A stretch of DNA of 64,000 nucleotides, taken from the NCBI GenBank assembly GCA_965219955.1, contig OZ244799.1, positions 3,584,001-3,648,000 on the forward strand, in the 5' to 3' direction. Position numbers and translations under genes: made by a program. The notes under the pieces are model-generated. The model was given only the letters and a program-made list of their open reading frames with translations, was not told where the DNA came from and made no database searches. Shown in pieces: positions 1 through 9,672 of this stretch (position 1 is its first letter; every line of letters begins with the position of its first letter). Origin of the DNA: a bacterium. GTDB taxonomy: Bacteria > UBA8248.

Positions 1-867
1 GACACGACTGCCAAGACCCCATGCTGCAAGCGCCAGTGCGCCAAACGGAGCAAGCATCCATACCAATACCAAGTTAGCGCCTCTCTCAAAAAACATTTGC
101 CCCCAAGCGGGCCAACCCAGTCCCAGTATGCGCTTCATCTCAGTGGACCGCGGAATCAGATGACGCCACTTCAGATGGATTCTGGCATTCCCCTTGAAAA
201 GAATGATCAGCATCACGACGGAACCTGCCAGCCTGCCAATGCCTAAACCGTAATACGCGCCGGCCAGATGAAACGGGGGGATCAGTCCGAAACCAAAGAT
301 CAAGGTGGGCATGGCGATGAATGTAACGCCTGAATTGATAATCATCCCCAAAAGCGAATATTTTGGTTCACCAGCGCCACGGAATATATTTGCAAGAGTG
401 AATATACCGTCAACGAACAAAAGCATCAGAAACCCGGCCCGAAGATATATCGTCGACAAGTATAAAAGTCTCGGATCAGACGTCATCCACCCCATTAAAT
501 AAGGCGAGAAAACATATCCCGCGCTGCATAAGGGAATGAAGAAGAGCGTTTGAAGCAAAATACATTGGCCCGCGATAACAGCAGCGCCTTCCTCATTATT
601 CGCGCCAACTCTTTGCGCAACCAGTGCTTGGCCTGCCACCCGAATTCCCATGCCCGCAGCTCTCACCATCATGGGAATCATGTATCCCAAAGACATCGCT
701 CCGAGCGCGTCCGAGCCCAATCGGCCCACCCAGTAAATTTCAACAATCGTATCGATGTTCCAGGAAATCAGTTCCGCGAAAATCGGCAGGGATAGAACCA
801 CCAAGCCTCGCCCGATGGGGCCTTTGGTGTAATCATACCTTTTCGTGTTCGGCCGCAAGCGAATCAT
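1..867 (-). CDS. MATE family efflux transporter (5' part; runs off the window start)
   Basis: Not in the ORF track. Manual translation from ATG 867 gives MIRLRPNTKRYDYTKGPIGRGLVVLSLPIFAELISWNIDTIVEIYWVGRLGSDALGAMSLG, a typical MATE N-terminus. Confidence 0.8.
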   Translation of the reverse strand, partial: MIRLRPNTKRYDYTKGPIGRGLVVLSLPIFAELISWNIDTIVEIYWVGRLGSDALGAMSLGYMIPMMVRAAGMGIRVAGQALVAQRVGANNEEGAAVIAGQCILLQTLFFIPLCSAGYVFSPYLMGWMTSDPRLLYLSTIYLRAGFLMLLFVDGIFTLANIFRGAGEPKYSLLGMIINSGVTFIAMPTLIFGFGLIPPFHLAGAYYGLGIGRLAGSVVMLIILFKGNARIHLKWRHLIPRSTEMKRILGLGWPAWGQMFFERGANLVLVWMLAPFGALALAAWGLGSRV

Positions 868-1013
868 GCGCAAATCCTGTTCTAATCAAAACGAGCGTGT
901 TGGCTTGTAGGCAGGCAGGTTCTTTCGAAGAACTGGAAAGTTTTTTCTCCACAAGATAGTTTGTCCCAAAGCGATGGCTCCACCCTTAATCCAACGGAGT
1001 GTTTGGTGCTTTC

Positions 1014-1793
1014 ATGATTAAATCCATAGAAAAAATCCTCAAAGATGCGGGCAAACTGGCTTTGTCGTTCACAAACAATGCCAAAGGCATCCAAAAACCA
1101 GACAGGAGCCTGGTGAGCGAGGCCGACTTTGAGGTAGAAAAATTCATTCTTTCCTGCCTGAAGGTGTCATTCCCGAACGACGACGTTATCGGAGAAGAAT
1201 TCGGAAGCGGAGAATCACAACCCCAGATGCAGACGCGTCTTTGGGCGGTTGACCCTATTGACGGCACCAATCCATTTCTTAACGGTCTGCCCACTTGGGG
1301 CGTATCCATCGGCGTCATGGAAAACGGGAAACCCATCGCCGGAGGATTCTACATGCCCGTCGTAGATGAAATGTTTCTTGCCCTCGCAGGAGAAGGCGCC
1401 ACCAGGAACGGTAAGATCCTTCCAGATCTCAAGGATATGGAAATCACCAATCAAACCGTCATGCTCGGTCCTTCGTCCCGAAAACGTTTTTACAAGCTGG
1501 ATTATCCAGGAAAATCCGTCGCTTATGGAAGCGCTTCCGCGCATGTGGCTTATGCGGCTACCGGAGGAGCCATCGCCGCCTTGGTCGATAGGCCCCAAAT
1601 CTGGGATATCCTGGGTCCTCTCGCTGTATTGCAAGAGGTGGGGGGAGGCGCATATCATCCAGATGGCCATTCTCTCGATCTCCAGAACCTCGCGAATGGC
1701 GAAAAAGCCGAAGGACCTGTATTCTTTGGCTTAAAAGAAAATGCTGAAAAAATATTTCCTCTTATCGAAGTGTACCCTAGGCCCAAGTCCTAG
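1014..1793 (+). CDS. Inositol monophosphatase family protein
   Basis: Motifs VSEAD, GEE, WAVDPIDGTNPF and WDI. Confidence 0.9.
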   Translation: MIKSIEKILKDAGKLALSFTNNAKGIQKPDRSLVSEADFEVEKFILSCLKVSFPNDDVIGEEFGSGESQPQMQTRLWAVDPIDGTNPFLNGLPTWGVSIGVMENGKPIAGGFYMPVVDEMFLALAGEGATRNGKILPDLKDMEITNQTVMLGPSSRKRFYKLDYPGKSVAYGSASAHVAYAATGGAIAALVDRPQIWDILGPLAVLQEVGGGAYHPDGHSLDLQNLANGEKAEGPVFFGLKENAEKIFPLIEVYPRPKS

Positions 1794-1929
1794 TTTTCAG
1801 CCCTGAAATCCTGTTCCGAAAACACTTTGCATCAAATCCCCGTCTCGCCAACTGACAGGCGATGGAACATCCCGTCACGCCATCACCTATGACGACGGGA
1901 TCCGCCGTTACATGCGCCACAACCACTCC

Positions 1930-3795
1930 TCAGGAATCCACCCAGATGGGACTCGACCAGGCCATTTCTCCATCATCTTGCACTAAACGGACATAATAAT
2001 AATCTGATTCCCGTTCCCTGCCGCTCGAATCGATCCACTCGAAAGAGACCGACTCCCGCCCTGGTTCATCCTTATGAATTTCTCTCGCGTTTTTGATGAT
2101 GACGACCTTTTGAACAGACGAGCAGGCTTCTGCCTGAACCTTGAGCTTTCTTCCGGCCGATTCATTTAACCTGATCTCTGAACCCATCGGGGCGTCGTTC
2201 AAGGAAAAATCAAGAATAATGCGCGCTCCTGTCGTGCCATAGCAGCGCCGTTCCCAAAGGGCCTTGAATATCCCTTCCCGATCAAAGGTCTTCGCCCATA
2301 CACAGGCCAATCCACCTCTCCAGGAATTCTTGAGCCGCAACCGATTCGAAAATCCAGGTTGAGACGTATGCGTATCCGAACCGGCGATGATGCCCAAACG
2401 ATATCCTTTCTCAAGCGCATCCTGCACGCTTTGTCCCTCATAGCGCGCCGGGTTGACCAACGGCCTTTCGCAGCCTTTGGCTTCGGAGTTGCCCCAACAG
2501 GAATATATTTCGACGAGGCGCTGAAACCTCGGGTCGTGCCAGCGCCAGCGCGTGCCAATCACGGCACTTACCGAGTGATGGGGAATCGTCATCACGCGGC
2601 CCTCGAATTCTTCGAGTTGTTTCCAGAGTTTTTCCGGGTGATCGGAGCCGGGGCTGCGGGAATCCAGCTTCGGGATATCCTGATCATCCAGGAAATAGAC
2701 ATTCTTATTCCCGTCTTGCTCGAGCATGCCAAACCATTCATACGCAGGAAGGGCCACATATCTTCCCGCCTCAGAAAAACGATTCGCGGCATCAGCAACT
2801 TCTTTCCATTGCGCTTCATCCATTCGCATGGCCAAAGAGGTGCAAGCGGCGAAATCCACCCCTGCGCAATCCCGCGCATAGTTGTGGACGTACTCCACGA
2901 TTTCACGCGCAGTCGATGGCCTCGGATACTCCCCCACGCACAGCCCGCTCATGCAGTGCGGGTCCCCAAAAAGAAGTGTGCGGTCCGGGACTTCTTCCAA
3001 TACCTGAATCGGTGGCGTATGAGCTGTCGGTAATCCATCCGCCAAGACCTTTAACCGATGAACTTCAGGCGCTCCCAACACGATATTTTCGCAAACAAAA
3101 ATTCCGGGTGACTCCTGACGAAAAGAGACCGTACTTTCATCAGGTAATTCAAGTTTTGGAATGGATGACGCCGTTGTCGCTACATTGTGAAAGCAATCTC
3201 GCGTCACGGCCCGGACAGAAAATACCTGTCCCGCAATTACCTGCGCCGGTGCCGTCACCCAAAGGAAAGACGGCTCCTCGGGCATCACGTCGAACGTTGG
3301 CGAATCTGGAAGAAGCTCCCAGTTGCCTTCACCGCCAGAATCTATGGACAAAGTAAATTCTACGGGCATGGCCAAAAACTGCGCCTGCACTCCGGGGATG
3401 CCGGATGGCGTCCAGCCATAGTTGAGTTCTATGAAATCACCTTCCAGCAAGGAAGAACCCTGAACCATCAAGTCCAGGCTGGCCGGCAGGAAGGTATAGC
3501 CGAGTACGGGTTCTATCAATGAGGGAGCCAAAGAAACATTCTCGTTCGAACATCGGAACTCGCAATATCCCGGAGCCGTCACATCTTCAAATTGGGGCGT
3601 CGTGAACCCGTTCGGGGGCGTGAATCGAAGACCCCCGCCTTGACTGATTCCGCGGGGGCCGACTTCGCAGGTAACACGCCATTTCCCCATCCTGCCCGCT
3701 ACGACCGGACCTTCAGGCTCAATCTCCGCCTCACCAATGTCTTCCCCGTAAAAATACTCTCGCAGCGCACCAATCCCCCGCTGAGGGGCTTTCAT
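1930..3795 (-). CDS. DUF3604 / CehA-McbA-like PHP-fold metallohydrolase
   Basis: Motifs FGDPH, AYEW, IPHH, VEIYSCWG, GSDTHTSQPG, RRCYGTTG and YYYVRLVQDDGEMAWSSPIWV; RBS GGAGG before ATG 3795. Confidence 0.75.
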   Translation of the reverse strand: MKAPQRGIGALREYFYGEDIGEAEIEPEGPVVAGRMGKWRVTCEVGPRGISQGGGLRFTPPNGFTTPQFEDVTAPGYCEFRCSNENVSLAPSLIEPVLGYTFLPASLDLMVQGSSLLEGDFIELNYGWTPSGIPGVQAQFLAMPVEFTLSIDSGGEGNWELLPDSPTFDVMPEEPSFLWVTAPAQVIAGQVFSVRAVTRDCFHNVATTASSIPKLELPDESTVSFRQESPGIFVCENIVLGAPEVHRLKVLADGLPTAHTPPIQVLEEVPDRTLLFGDPHCMSGLCVGEYPRPSTAREIVEYVHNYARDCAGVDFAACTSLAMRMDEAQWKEVADAANRFSEAGRYVALPAYEWFGMLEQDGNKNVYFLDDQDIPKLDSRSPGSDHPEKLWKQLEEFEGRVMTIPHHSVSAVIGTRWRWHDPRFQRLVEIYSCWGNSEAKGCERPLVNPARYEGQSVQDALEKGYRLGIIAGSDTHTSQPGFSNRLRLKNSWRGGLACVWAKTFDREGIFKALWERRCYGTTGARIILDFSLNDAPMGSEIRLNESAGRKLKVQAEACSSVQKVVIIKNAREIHKDEPGRESVSFEWIDSSGRERESDYYYVRLVQDDGEMAWSSPIWVDS

Positions 3796-3875
3796 GAACA
3801 ACCTCCTTTTCGGAGAAGGGAAGTTTCAAAATTCATGGCCACGAAAAAGAAGGCCTTCTCAGGGAATGAGCGCAT

Positions 3876-4547
3876 TCATTCCCACGTGAGCATCGCGGCA
3901 TACCCGTCTCTCGGGACAGTCGAATGAATCGGCAAGCCTTTGATTCGCTTAAACTCCTGAATGGTGATCAGGTGCACATTCGATTCCCACAATATGTGTC
4001 GGAACGTGCACTCGAGCGTCTGGTAATAAAGAAAAGGATCGTTTTCGTCTTTGCGAAAACCCCTCTCATGAGCAGGCAAAACGAGATTTTGAAAATAATC
4101 CATCACACGCTCACCGTTCGCCCAAGTTCTGTCCGGAGAGTACTTCCTGGGCAATTCTTTATTCCTTAACGTGGCTAGCGTTTCCTTTGATAAAACCTCC
4201 CGACACAAAGCGCAGGCGTCATCAAGTGCTCCCAAAACATCGGACACATCAGGAAACCGCGCCGGATCCAACATTCTGTCTGCCCCGCCTTGATCCGCCA
4301 GAGACTTATCTCGCGGCAAAGAATCCGGATACAAAACGGGCGGCCAGAATTCCAGGAAAAAAAGATACGGTATCCATGCCGTATGGCTGATTTGTTCTTT
4401 GATGGACCAAGTTCCCCAACTCTTTTCTGGCAGCTTCCATTCCCACAATTCCTGCGGTAGCCCGTTCGTTTCTTTACGAAACAAATCCGCTAAATTTCTA
4501 TATTCCGGAAATACGTCCAGTCCTGGAGTGGATAGGTCTTCTGGCAT
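3876..4547 (-). CDS. DinB/YfiT superfamily protein
   Basis: WSIKEQISH near the N-terminus and RHILWESNVHLITI near the C-terminus (metal-binding His pattern). Confidence 0.65.
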   Translation of the reverse strand: MPEDLSTPGLDVFPEYRNLADLFRKETNGLPQELWEWKLPEKSWGTWSIKEQISHTAWIPYLFFLEFWPPVLYPDSLPRDKSLADQGGADRMLDPARFPDVSDVLGALDDACALCREVLSKETLATLRNKELPRKYSPDRTWANGERVMDYFQNLVLPAHERGFRKDENDPFLYYQTLECTFRHILWESNVHLITIQEFKRIKGLPIHSTVPRDGYAAMLTWE

Positions 4548-4564
4548 ATCGCTCCCTCGAGACA

Positions 4565-5464
4565 TCAAGTGTCGTCCATTTTCATCGGCAAGTGATCTGC
4601 ATACACCGCCGCCGCTTGCTGTGGAGATAAGCTCTTGTCAATCGTCTCTACGGTTTGCTCCGCCAAAGGCGTCGTCGCGAGATGGGAATAAACGGCCGCC
4701 GCTCCTTCGTGAAATTTCGGCGTGACGCCGGCGGCTTCAAAGGTCTGTGCTATTTGTTTCATCTCGTCGATATACCGCCACGCCACGACGGGAAGACGAG
4801 GGGCGCTCGAGGTCATCTGTTTATAAGAAGCGTCCTGACTTGTTTGAAACTCACGACTCACTTCCTCGGAGAGACCAAGCGCCTCTGCCAGAGTAATGAC
4901 CGCGGTTTGAAGAGCATGGGTTCCTTTCGTGAGGGCGGCGTAACACATCTTGACTCCAGAAGCGTGGCCAATCTCAGGCCCAAGCTGACGAACGATAATT
5001 CCTTTTCCGTCCAACTCCGAGAGCAATCCCGCCTGCGGACCGCTGAAGTAAAACCTGGTGTTGTTCCGTGTCTCATTCGGCGGAGGACCCAATATCCCCC
5101 CATCGATAAAATCCGCTCCGGCATCTGAAATTCGCTTTGCGATAGCTTTCGCCGTTTCCGGCGACACGGCGTTGCAGTCGGCGTATGGGGGGCAAAAACC
5201 GGATGTTGACATGGATTCCGCCACTTCGTCCGCCGCCTGGGCGGCTAAACCCGGAGGCACGATGGACAAAACAATATCCGCGCGCTCCAGCATTTCAGCC
5301 ATTCTCGGGTAATCCCGAATACCCCCTTCACCGGCCAAGCGCTTCGTTCGCTCGCTTCTGTTTGCGAGACAGGTTATTACCTCATACCCATGCAAACCCA
5401 GCATTCGCCCCACCGCATGCCCCATATCCCCCGGGCTGATGATGGCAACAGTATGAAGGGTCAT
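4565..5464 (-). CDS. NAD(P)-dependent oxidoreductase, 6PGD/3-hydroxyisobutyrate dehydrogenase-like with DUF1932
   Basis: SPGDMG Rossmann motif, DCNAVSP, DGGILGPPP, ASGVKMCYAALTKG. Confidence 0.85.
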   Translation of the reverse strand: MTLHTVAIISPGDMGHAVGRMLGLHGYEVITCLANRSERTKRLAGEGGIRDYPRMAEMLERADIVLSIVPPGLAAQAADEVAESMSTSGFCPPYADCNAVSPETAKAIAKRISDAGADFIDGGILGPPPNETRNNTRFYFSGPQAGLLSELDGKGIIVRQLGPEIGHASGVKMCYAALTKGTHALQTAVITLAEALGLSEEVSREFQTSQDASYKQMTSSAPRLPVVAWRYIDEMKQIAQTFEAAGVTPKFHEGAAAVYSHLATTPLAEQTVETIDKSLSPQQAAAVYADHLPMKMDDT

Positions 5465-5591
5465 AAACACCTCCCTTGGTTCAACTCTAGAAATAAACCA
5501 TGCCTGTCCAGTCTAGCAGAATTGAAGCTTTACGAAGAAAGGGTACTTACTTCTGTGCTTTCCACAGATAATGACCAATGTTCCCGCAAAA

Positions 5592-6098
5592 CTATTCTTT
5601 CCAGACGCATTTTTCATCTTTTGGAGAATACACCATTGCACCCACAGGCGCGCTGGATTTTGAGCCTTTTGCCATACGCAGGATATTTACCAGGAAAATG
5701 GTGTCGTCTGCTCCCGCGTTCTCAAGCATGTCTCTTCCCAGGCGACAGACTAACTCTGCTCTTTGCCTTCTTTTTTTTGCGCTCACCTCCGCCCATGGCA
5801 ACAGGATATCGATAGACAACTTCTCAGGGCTCGTCTCGGAAACGCGAATTTCCGCGCGACTTGTGTGCTTTGAAGCATCCAGATATTTCTTGAGCGTGCG
5901 TCCTGTGTTTTTTGTGATGACGCCCGGAGGCATGCCTCTCCATTTTTTTGCTTCTGATACCAAAGATACTTTTATGCCTGATTTGGAAAGAAATAGTGGT
6001 TTCGAAAAGAACAAAAGCGCGCCCGCTACAGATGCAAATGAGATGAACAACAACCAAAAAAGGAAATTCACCCGAGGTGAACCAGCAGTTTTCATCAA
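5592..6098 (-). CDS. Hypothetical membrane-anchored protein
   Basis: One N-terminal hydrophobic helix; overlaps the upstream stop codon, suggesting operon coupling. Confidence 0.55.
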   Translation of the reverse strand: MMKTAGSPRVNFLFWLLFISFASVAGALLFFSKPLFLSKSGIKVSLVSEAKKWRGMPPGVITKNTGRTLKKYLDASKHTSRAEIRVSETSPEKLSIDILLPWAEVSAKKRRQRAELVCRLGRDMLENAGADDTIFLVNILRMAKGSKSSAPVGAMVYSPKDEKCVWKE

Positions 6099-6778
6099 GA
6101 AACCGGATAGGCTGAAGCGTAGCCGCCCACAGGGGCCTTTGGATATACGGCAGGCAAACCCAAGGCTTCACGATGGAGCCTGATGGAGCGCAAGTGAATC
6201 AAATCGTCCCAAAGCACATGACGCAATGTCGCCAAAGGCGTCATACGAAATCCGTGTGCGTAGCCAGCATCGAGCGTAAATCCATCCGGATGGCATTTCA
6301 TGCAACGATTCCACAAATCAACGGAACGCTCCTCGCTGACACCCACGACAGATGATTCCGTAAATACAAACAAAAGCTCGTTCTTGGTTGAGTTCTCATG
6401 CTCGAGCTTTACGACTTGGGTCGCCGCAACATCGCATGCTTCGGAAAAGCGCAGATGAAGCCATTCGATATCCGAATATCGATCCAAGGAGAATCGACGG
6501 TCATCATCTCGCGTATTGATGAACGTACTGAATTGGCTCATATCCACAGAAGGCCAGGGCAGGCTGGTGGCGCCGTATAGAACCATGAACCATCTCGTGG
6601 TGATGTAAGCCATATGGCTGAGCTGCCTTCTTGGGGACCAGCGCGCCCAATCTTCCGTCCCCGTTCTATCCAACTGCGCTTCTGACAAATCAGCGAGCTC
6701 TCCCATGGTCCACGCGGGGATTTGCCGGTAGGCTTGGGCGATTTCACCTGGCGTAACCGGATACAAAGATTCACTCAT
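6095..6778 (-). CDS. DinB/YfiT superfamily protein (paralog of 3876-4547)
   Basis: WSPRRQLSHMA and LRHVLWDDLIHLRSI; ATGA overlap with the HAD gene. Confidence 0.65.
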   Translation of the reverse strand: MSESLYPVTPGEIAQAYRQIPAWTMGELADLSEAQLDRTGTEDWARWSPRRQLSHMAYITTRWFMVLYGATSLPWPSVDMSQFSTFINTRDDDRRFSLDRYSDIEWLHLRFSEACDVAATQVVKLEHENSTKNELLFVFTESSVVGVSEERSVDLWNRCMKCHPDGFTLDAGYAHGFRMTPLATLRHVLWDDLIHLRSIRLHREALGLPAVYPKAPVGGYASAYPVS

Positions 6779-7485
6779 GCCCTAACGCCCCCATCCAGGA
6801 TTTTACAAACCGCCTCGTTGTCCTCCAGGGTGGCGAAAAGAAAATCCGGCGAAGCGCTCGCCAACTCGTAAAGTGAATCCCCTCCCGTAGCCACGGCTAT
6901 CGTCTTCGCTCCACATGCGCGACCCGCTGCTACGTCACGCCATGTATCACCTATCACCCAACGAACGATGGATTTGCGCGTGTATTCCTTTTGAATGATT
7001 TGCTCGCCCCGCTGAAATCCTGCTTCCAGCAACTCCGTCCTGTCTCCAGAATCAGACCCGAAACCTCCGAACGAAAAAAACCGGTTCAGCCCGCCATGTG
7101 AGAGCTTGATTCGCGCACCCTCTTCGATGTTGCCCGTTCCCAATCCCATGACCACGTCTTTTCGGCTCCTGAGATACGAAAGCAAACCGGGGATTCCCGG
7201 CATCAGATGGAAATTCTTGGAATCCCTTACCGTGATGGGCAGGATTTCCAAATATCTCTCCAATAGAGCATTTACCTCAGGCTCGCTCCCGCAACGCCCA
7301 AGATGAGAACGAAACATCTCTTGAACGATGAGTTCATCCGTCTTGCCGTGCGGATGAACATGACGCATAGCGTTTAGAATCCCGTATATACGCTCAAAAG
7401 CGATATTCAACGCTCTCGCCCCTGCTCCTCCGCTTAAAAGCAGCGTTCCATCCACGTCGAACAGGATCAGATGAGTTGAATTCAA
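6775..7485 (-). CDS. HAD family hydrolase (phosphoglycolate phosphatase-like)
   Basis: Motifs FDVDGTL, GTGN, IGDTWRD and AVATG. Confidence 0.9.
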   Translation of the reverse strand: MNSTHLILFDVDGTLLLSGGAGARALNIAFERIYGILNAMRHVHPHGKTDELIVQEMFRSHLGRCGSEPEVNALLERYLEILPITVRDSKNFHLMPGIPGLLSYLRSRKDVVMGLGTGNIEEGARIKLSHGGLNRFFSFGGFGSDSGDRTELLEAGFQRGEQIIQKEYTRKSIVRWVIGDTWRDVAAGRACGAKTIAVATGGDSLYELASASPDFLFATLEDNEAVCKILDGGVRA

Positions 7486-7654
7486 TCGTTTCTTCCAATG
7501 TGTATGCCTGGAAACACACTGAGCGAGAGATGATTCCCCTCTATGATATAACAGGGAGCCGAATGGATTCCAGAATCATTCCTGATCGTGTTGGTGAAAC
7601 ACATGAATTCAGTGAAAATTATCCAGCGAAGCACATAGAAAAAGGAGATGAAAG

Positions 7655-8359
7655 TTGCCGGAAGAGAAAATCGCCGTCGTAACGGGCGGGAACAAAGGCA
7701 TTGGTTTCGGGATCTGCCGATCGCTTGCAAGTCAAGGAATTCGAACCATCCTCACGGCGCGAGACGTTTCCAAAGGGGAAATCGCCAAAAAGCAGCTAAA
7801 ACAAGAGGGGCTGGAAATCATATTCCATCCCCTGGATGTCACCGACGAGAACAGCATCGATTCTCTGGCCGACTTTTTGGCCAAAGAATTTGGAAAACTG
7901 GACATTTTAATCAACAACGCGGCCATCAGAAAAGATGCCGGCATGATGGGGCTTGACGTTCCCGTCGAGGTCGTGCGCGAAATGATGGAAACCAACCTCT
8001 ATGGCCCCCTGATGTTGTGTCAGGCCTTGGCTCCTCTCTTGAAAAAAAGCGCAGCGGGTAGAATCGTGAACGTCTCCAGCGGCATGGGCTCTCTCGCCGG
8101 CATGGGAGGAGGCTCTCCCGCATACAGAATCACAAAAACCGCATTGAATGCGATGACGAAAGTTCTCGCGAGCGAATTCCGGGGAACCGGAGTGCTGGTC
8201 AATTGTTGCCATCCCGGATGGGTGAGAACCGACATGGGCGGGCGGGGCGCTTCAAAATCAATAGACGAAGGAGCAGACACGCCCGTATGGCTCGCCTTGT
8301 TGCCGAAGGACGGGCCTACCGGTGGATACTTCCAGGACAGAAAACCCATGCCCTGGTAG
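7655..8359 (+). CDS. SDR family oxidoreductase (carbonyl reductase-like)
   Basis: TGGNKGIG, LINNA, catalytic YRITK, HPGWVRTDMGG. Confidence 0.92.
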   Translation: MPEEKIAVVTGGNKGIGFGICRSLASQGIRTILTARDVSKGEIAKKQLKQEGLEIIFHPLDVTDENSIDSLADFLAKEFGKLDILINNAAIRKDAGMMGLDVPVEVVREMMETNLYGPLMLCQALAPLLKKSAAGRIVNVSSGMGSLAGMGGGSPAYRITKTALNAMTKVLASEFRGTGVLVNCCHPGWVRTDMGGRGASKSIDEGADTPVWLALLPKDGPTGGYFQDRKPMPW

Positions 8360-8473
8360 AAGGCGTGTTTATTTCATCACGTAGCTGGCGTTTGGCAGGC
8401 AGGTGTCTAGTGATTGCTTCGATGGAAAAAGTATCGAGCGGCGTTAATTATCGATTTCTTCGGCTTCTATAAA

Positions 8474-9049
8474 TCAAGCCGATGTTTTCGCATAATCCCA
8501 TCCCGTAACAAACAAGTTCACCTCGCCGGTTGCTTCCTCATATTTATAGCGAGTTAACTTGGCGAGATCGTCACCATAGACATGAATGCCCACCACGGGT
8601 TCAGTCGAAGCACAACTCACGCGGTGCACGTCGTTGTCCTTCGTACAGCAGACGAAGACATCTCCAGGCCCGGCCAGACGTTTGCCTAAGGGCATGAGTT
8701 TTACGCGGGCGCCGCTCTCGCGGGGACCTTCACGCAAAAAACTCTCTTCGTTTTCCATTCCTCGGTAAATGCCTATCACGCCCCAGGTGCCGTGATCGTG
8801 AATCGGGGTGGTCTGTCCCACATCCCATATACCGGCGCCTATCGAGAAGCTCTCATCCGGCTCAATGTGAACCTTGTTGAGCGTAAATCCTTCTTTTTTC
8901 ACTAGCAATTGATCGGCACTCAACAGCTCCGGCTCATCCAAAATCGGCTCCAGGCTCTCCGCTACGCGAGCGGTCACTTCCTCTTCGGTACCGCCAGTCT
9001 TTACAATTTCGCGTACTTGGTCGATAAAATCCTTCATCTTTTTTGACAT
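8474..9049 (-). CDS. Cysteine/3-mercaptopropionate dioxygenase family (thiol dioxygenase)
   Basis: TPIHDHGTWG, DVHRV and GIHVYG form the 3-His cupin motif. Confidence 0.8.
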   Translation of the reverse strand: MSKKMKDFIDQVREIVKTGGTEEEVTARVAESLEPILDEPELLSADQLLVKKEGFTLNKVHIEPDESFSIGAGIWDVGQTTPIHDHGTWGVIGIYRGMENEESFLREGPRESGARVKLMPLGKRLAGPGDVFVCCTKDNDVHRVSCASTEPVVGIHVYGDDLAKLTRYKYEEATGEVNLFVTGWDYAKTSA

Positions 9050-9097
9050 CTTCCATCCCCCAAGTTTTAGGATGCGTCCAAGCGGAATTCGTATGTC

Positions 9098-9649
9098 CTA
9101 AATTTTATGATTCATCTCATGGACCAAGAGCGCCAACTTCAAAGATACGCTGCTTGCGAATCCACCGAGCTCGCCCGAGCCCGCGATGACCCGATGTCAT
9201 GGTATTACAAGAGGAACGGGATTTCTATGAAGCGCCTGGCCGACGGCGCGTGATGCTTTCGGGTTTCCGATTTCCTTCGCGACCCAGCCATAATTGCGCG
9301 TCTCTCCGTATGGAATTTCTTCCGTCTTCCTCAGCACTTTTTCCATAAAAGGCGTGAGAGCAGAGAGGTCCGTTTTCAATCTGAAACTTTTTCGCGCGCC
9401 GCTTAGATATTCTTCTATCTCTTTTGAAGCTCGACGATTCAACGGTGTTGATTGCTCCCTCGCATGATTCGCCAAGAGAGGTTTTTCTACGCCATGCAAC
9501 ATTCTTATTTCCGCAATACCTTCATCCGATACGAACACGGAGAATTCCGCATGTACTTTCTGGAGCCAATCGGCAACATGATTTTCCAGCGATTCCCCGT
9601 CTTGTTGGAACAATTCAACCTGCCGCCACTTATCTGCCAGGCGCGCCAT
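9098..9649 (-). CDS. ogt: Methylated-DNA--protein-cysteine methyltransferase with probable selenocysteine at the active site
   Basis: Reads IPYGETRNY...ASRAVGQALHRNPVPLVIP-TGA-HRVIAGSGELGGFASSVSLKLALLVHE. The TGA at 9197-9199 replaces the Cys of PCHR and the frame continues to TAG 9098. Confidence 0.85.
9163..9188 (-). promoter_or_regulatory. Putative bacterial SECIS element (ogt)
   Basis: Hairpin GGGCTC-[GGGC]-GAGCTC with lower stem CATC/GGTG; the G-initiated loop sits at +21 from the TGA. Confidence 0.65.
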
Positions 9650-9672
9650 CTGAAATTCTCCTTTTCATGCCG

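Noticed and set aside
9197-9649. ogt as a truncated pseudogene
   Set aside because: The TGA lies exactly on the catalytic Cys, the downstream frame is intact and conserved, and a SECIS-like hairpin follows, so Sec read-through is the simpler explanation.
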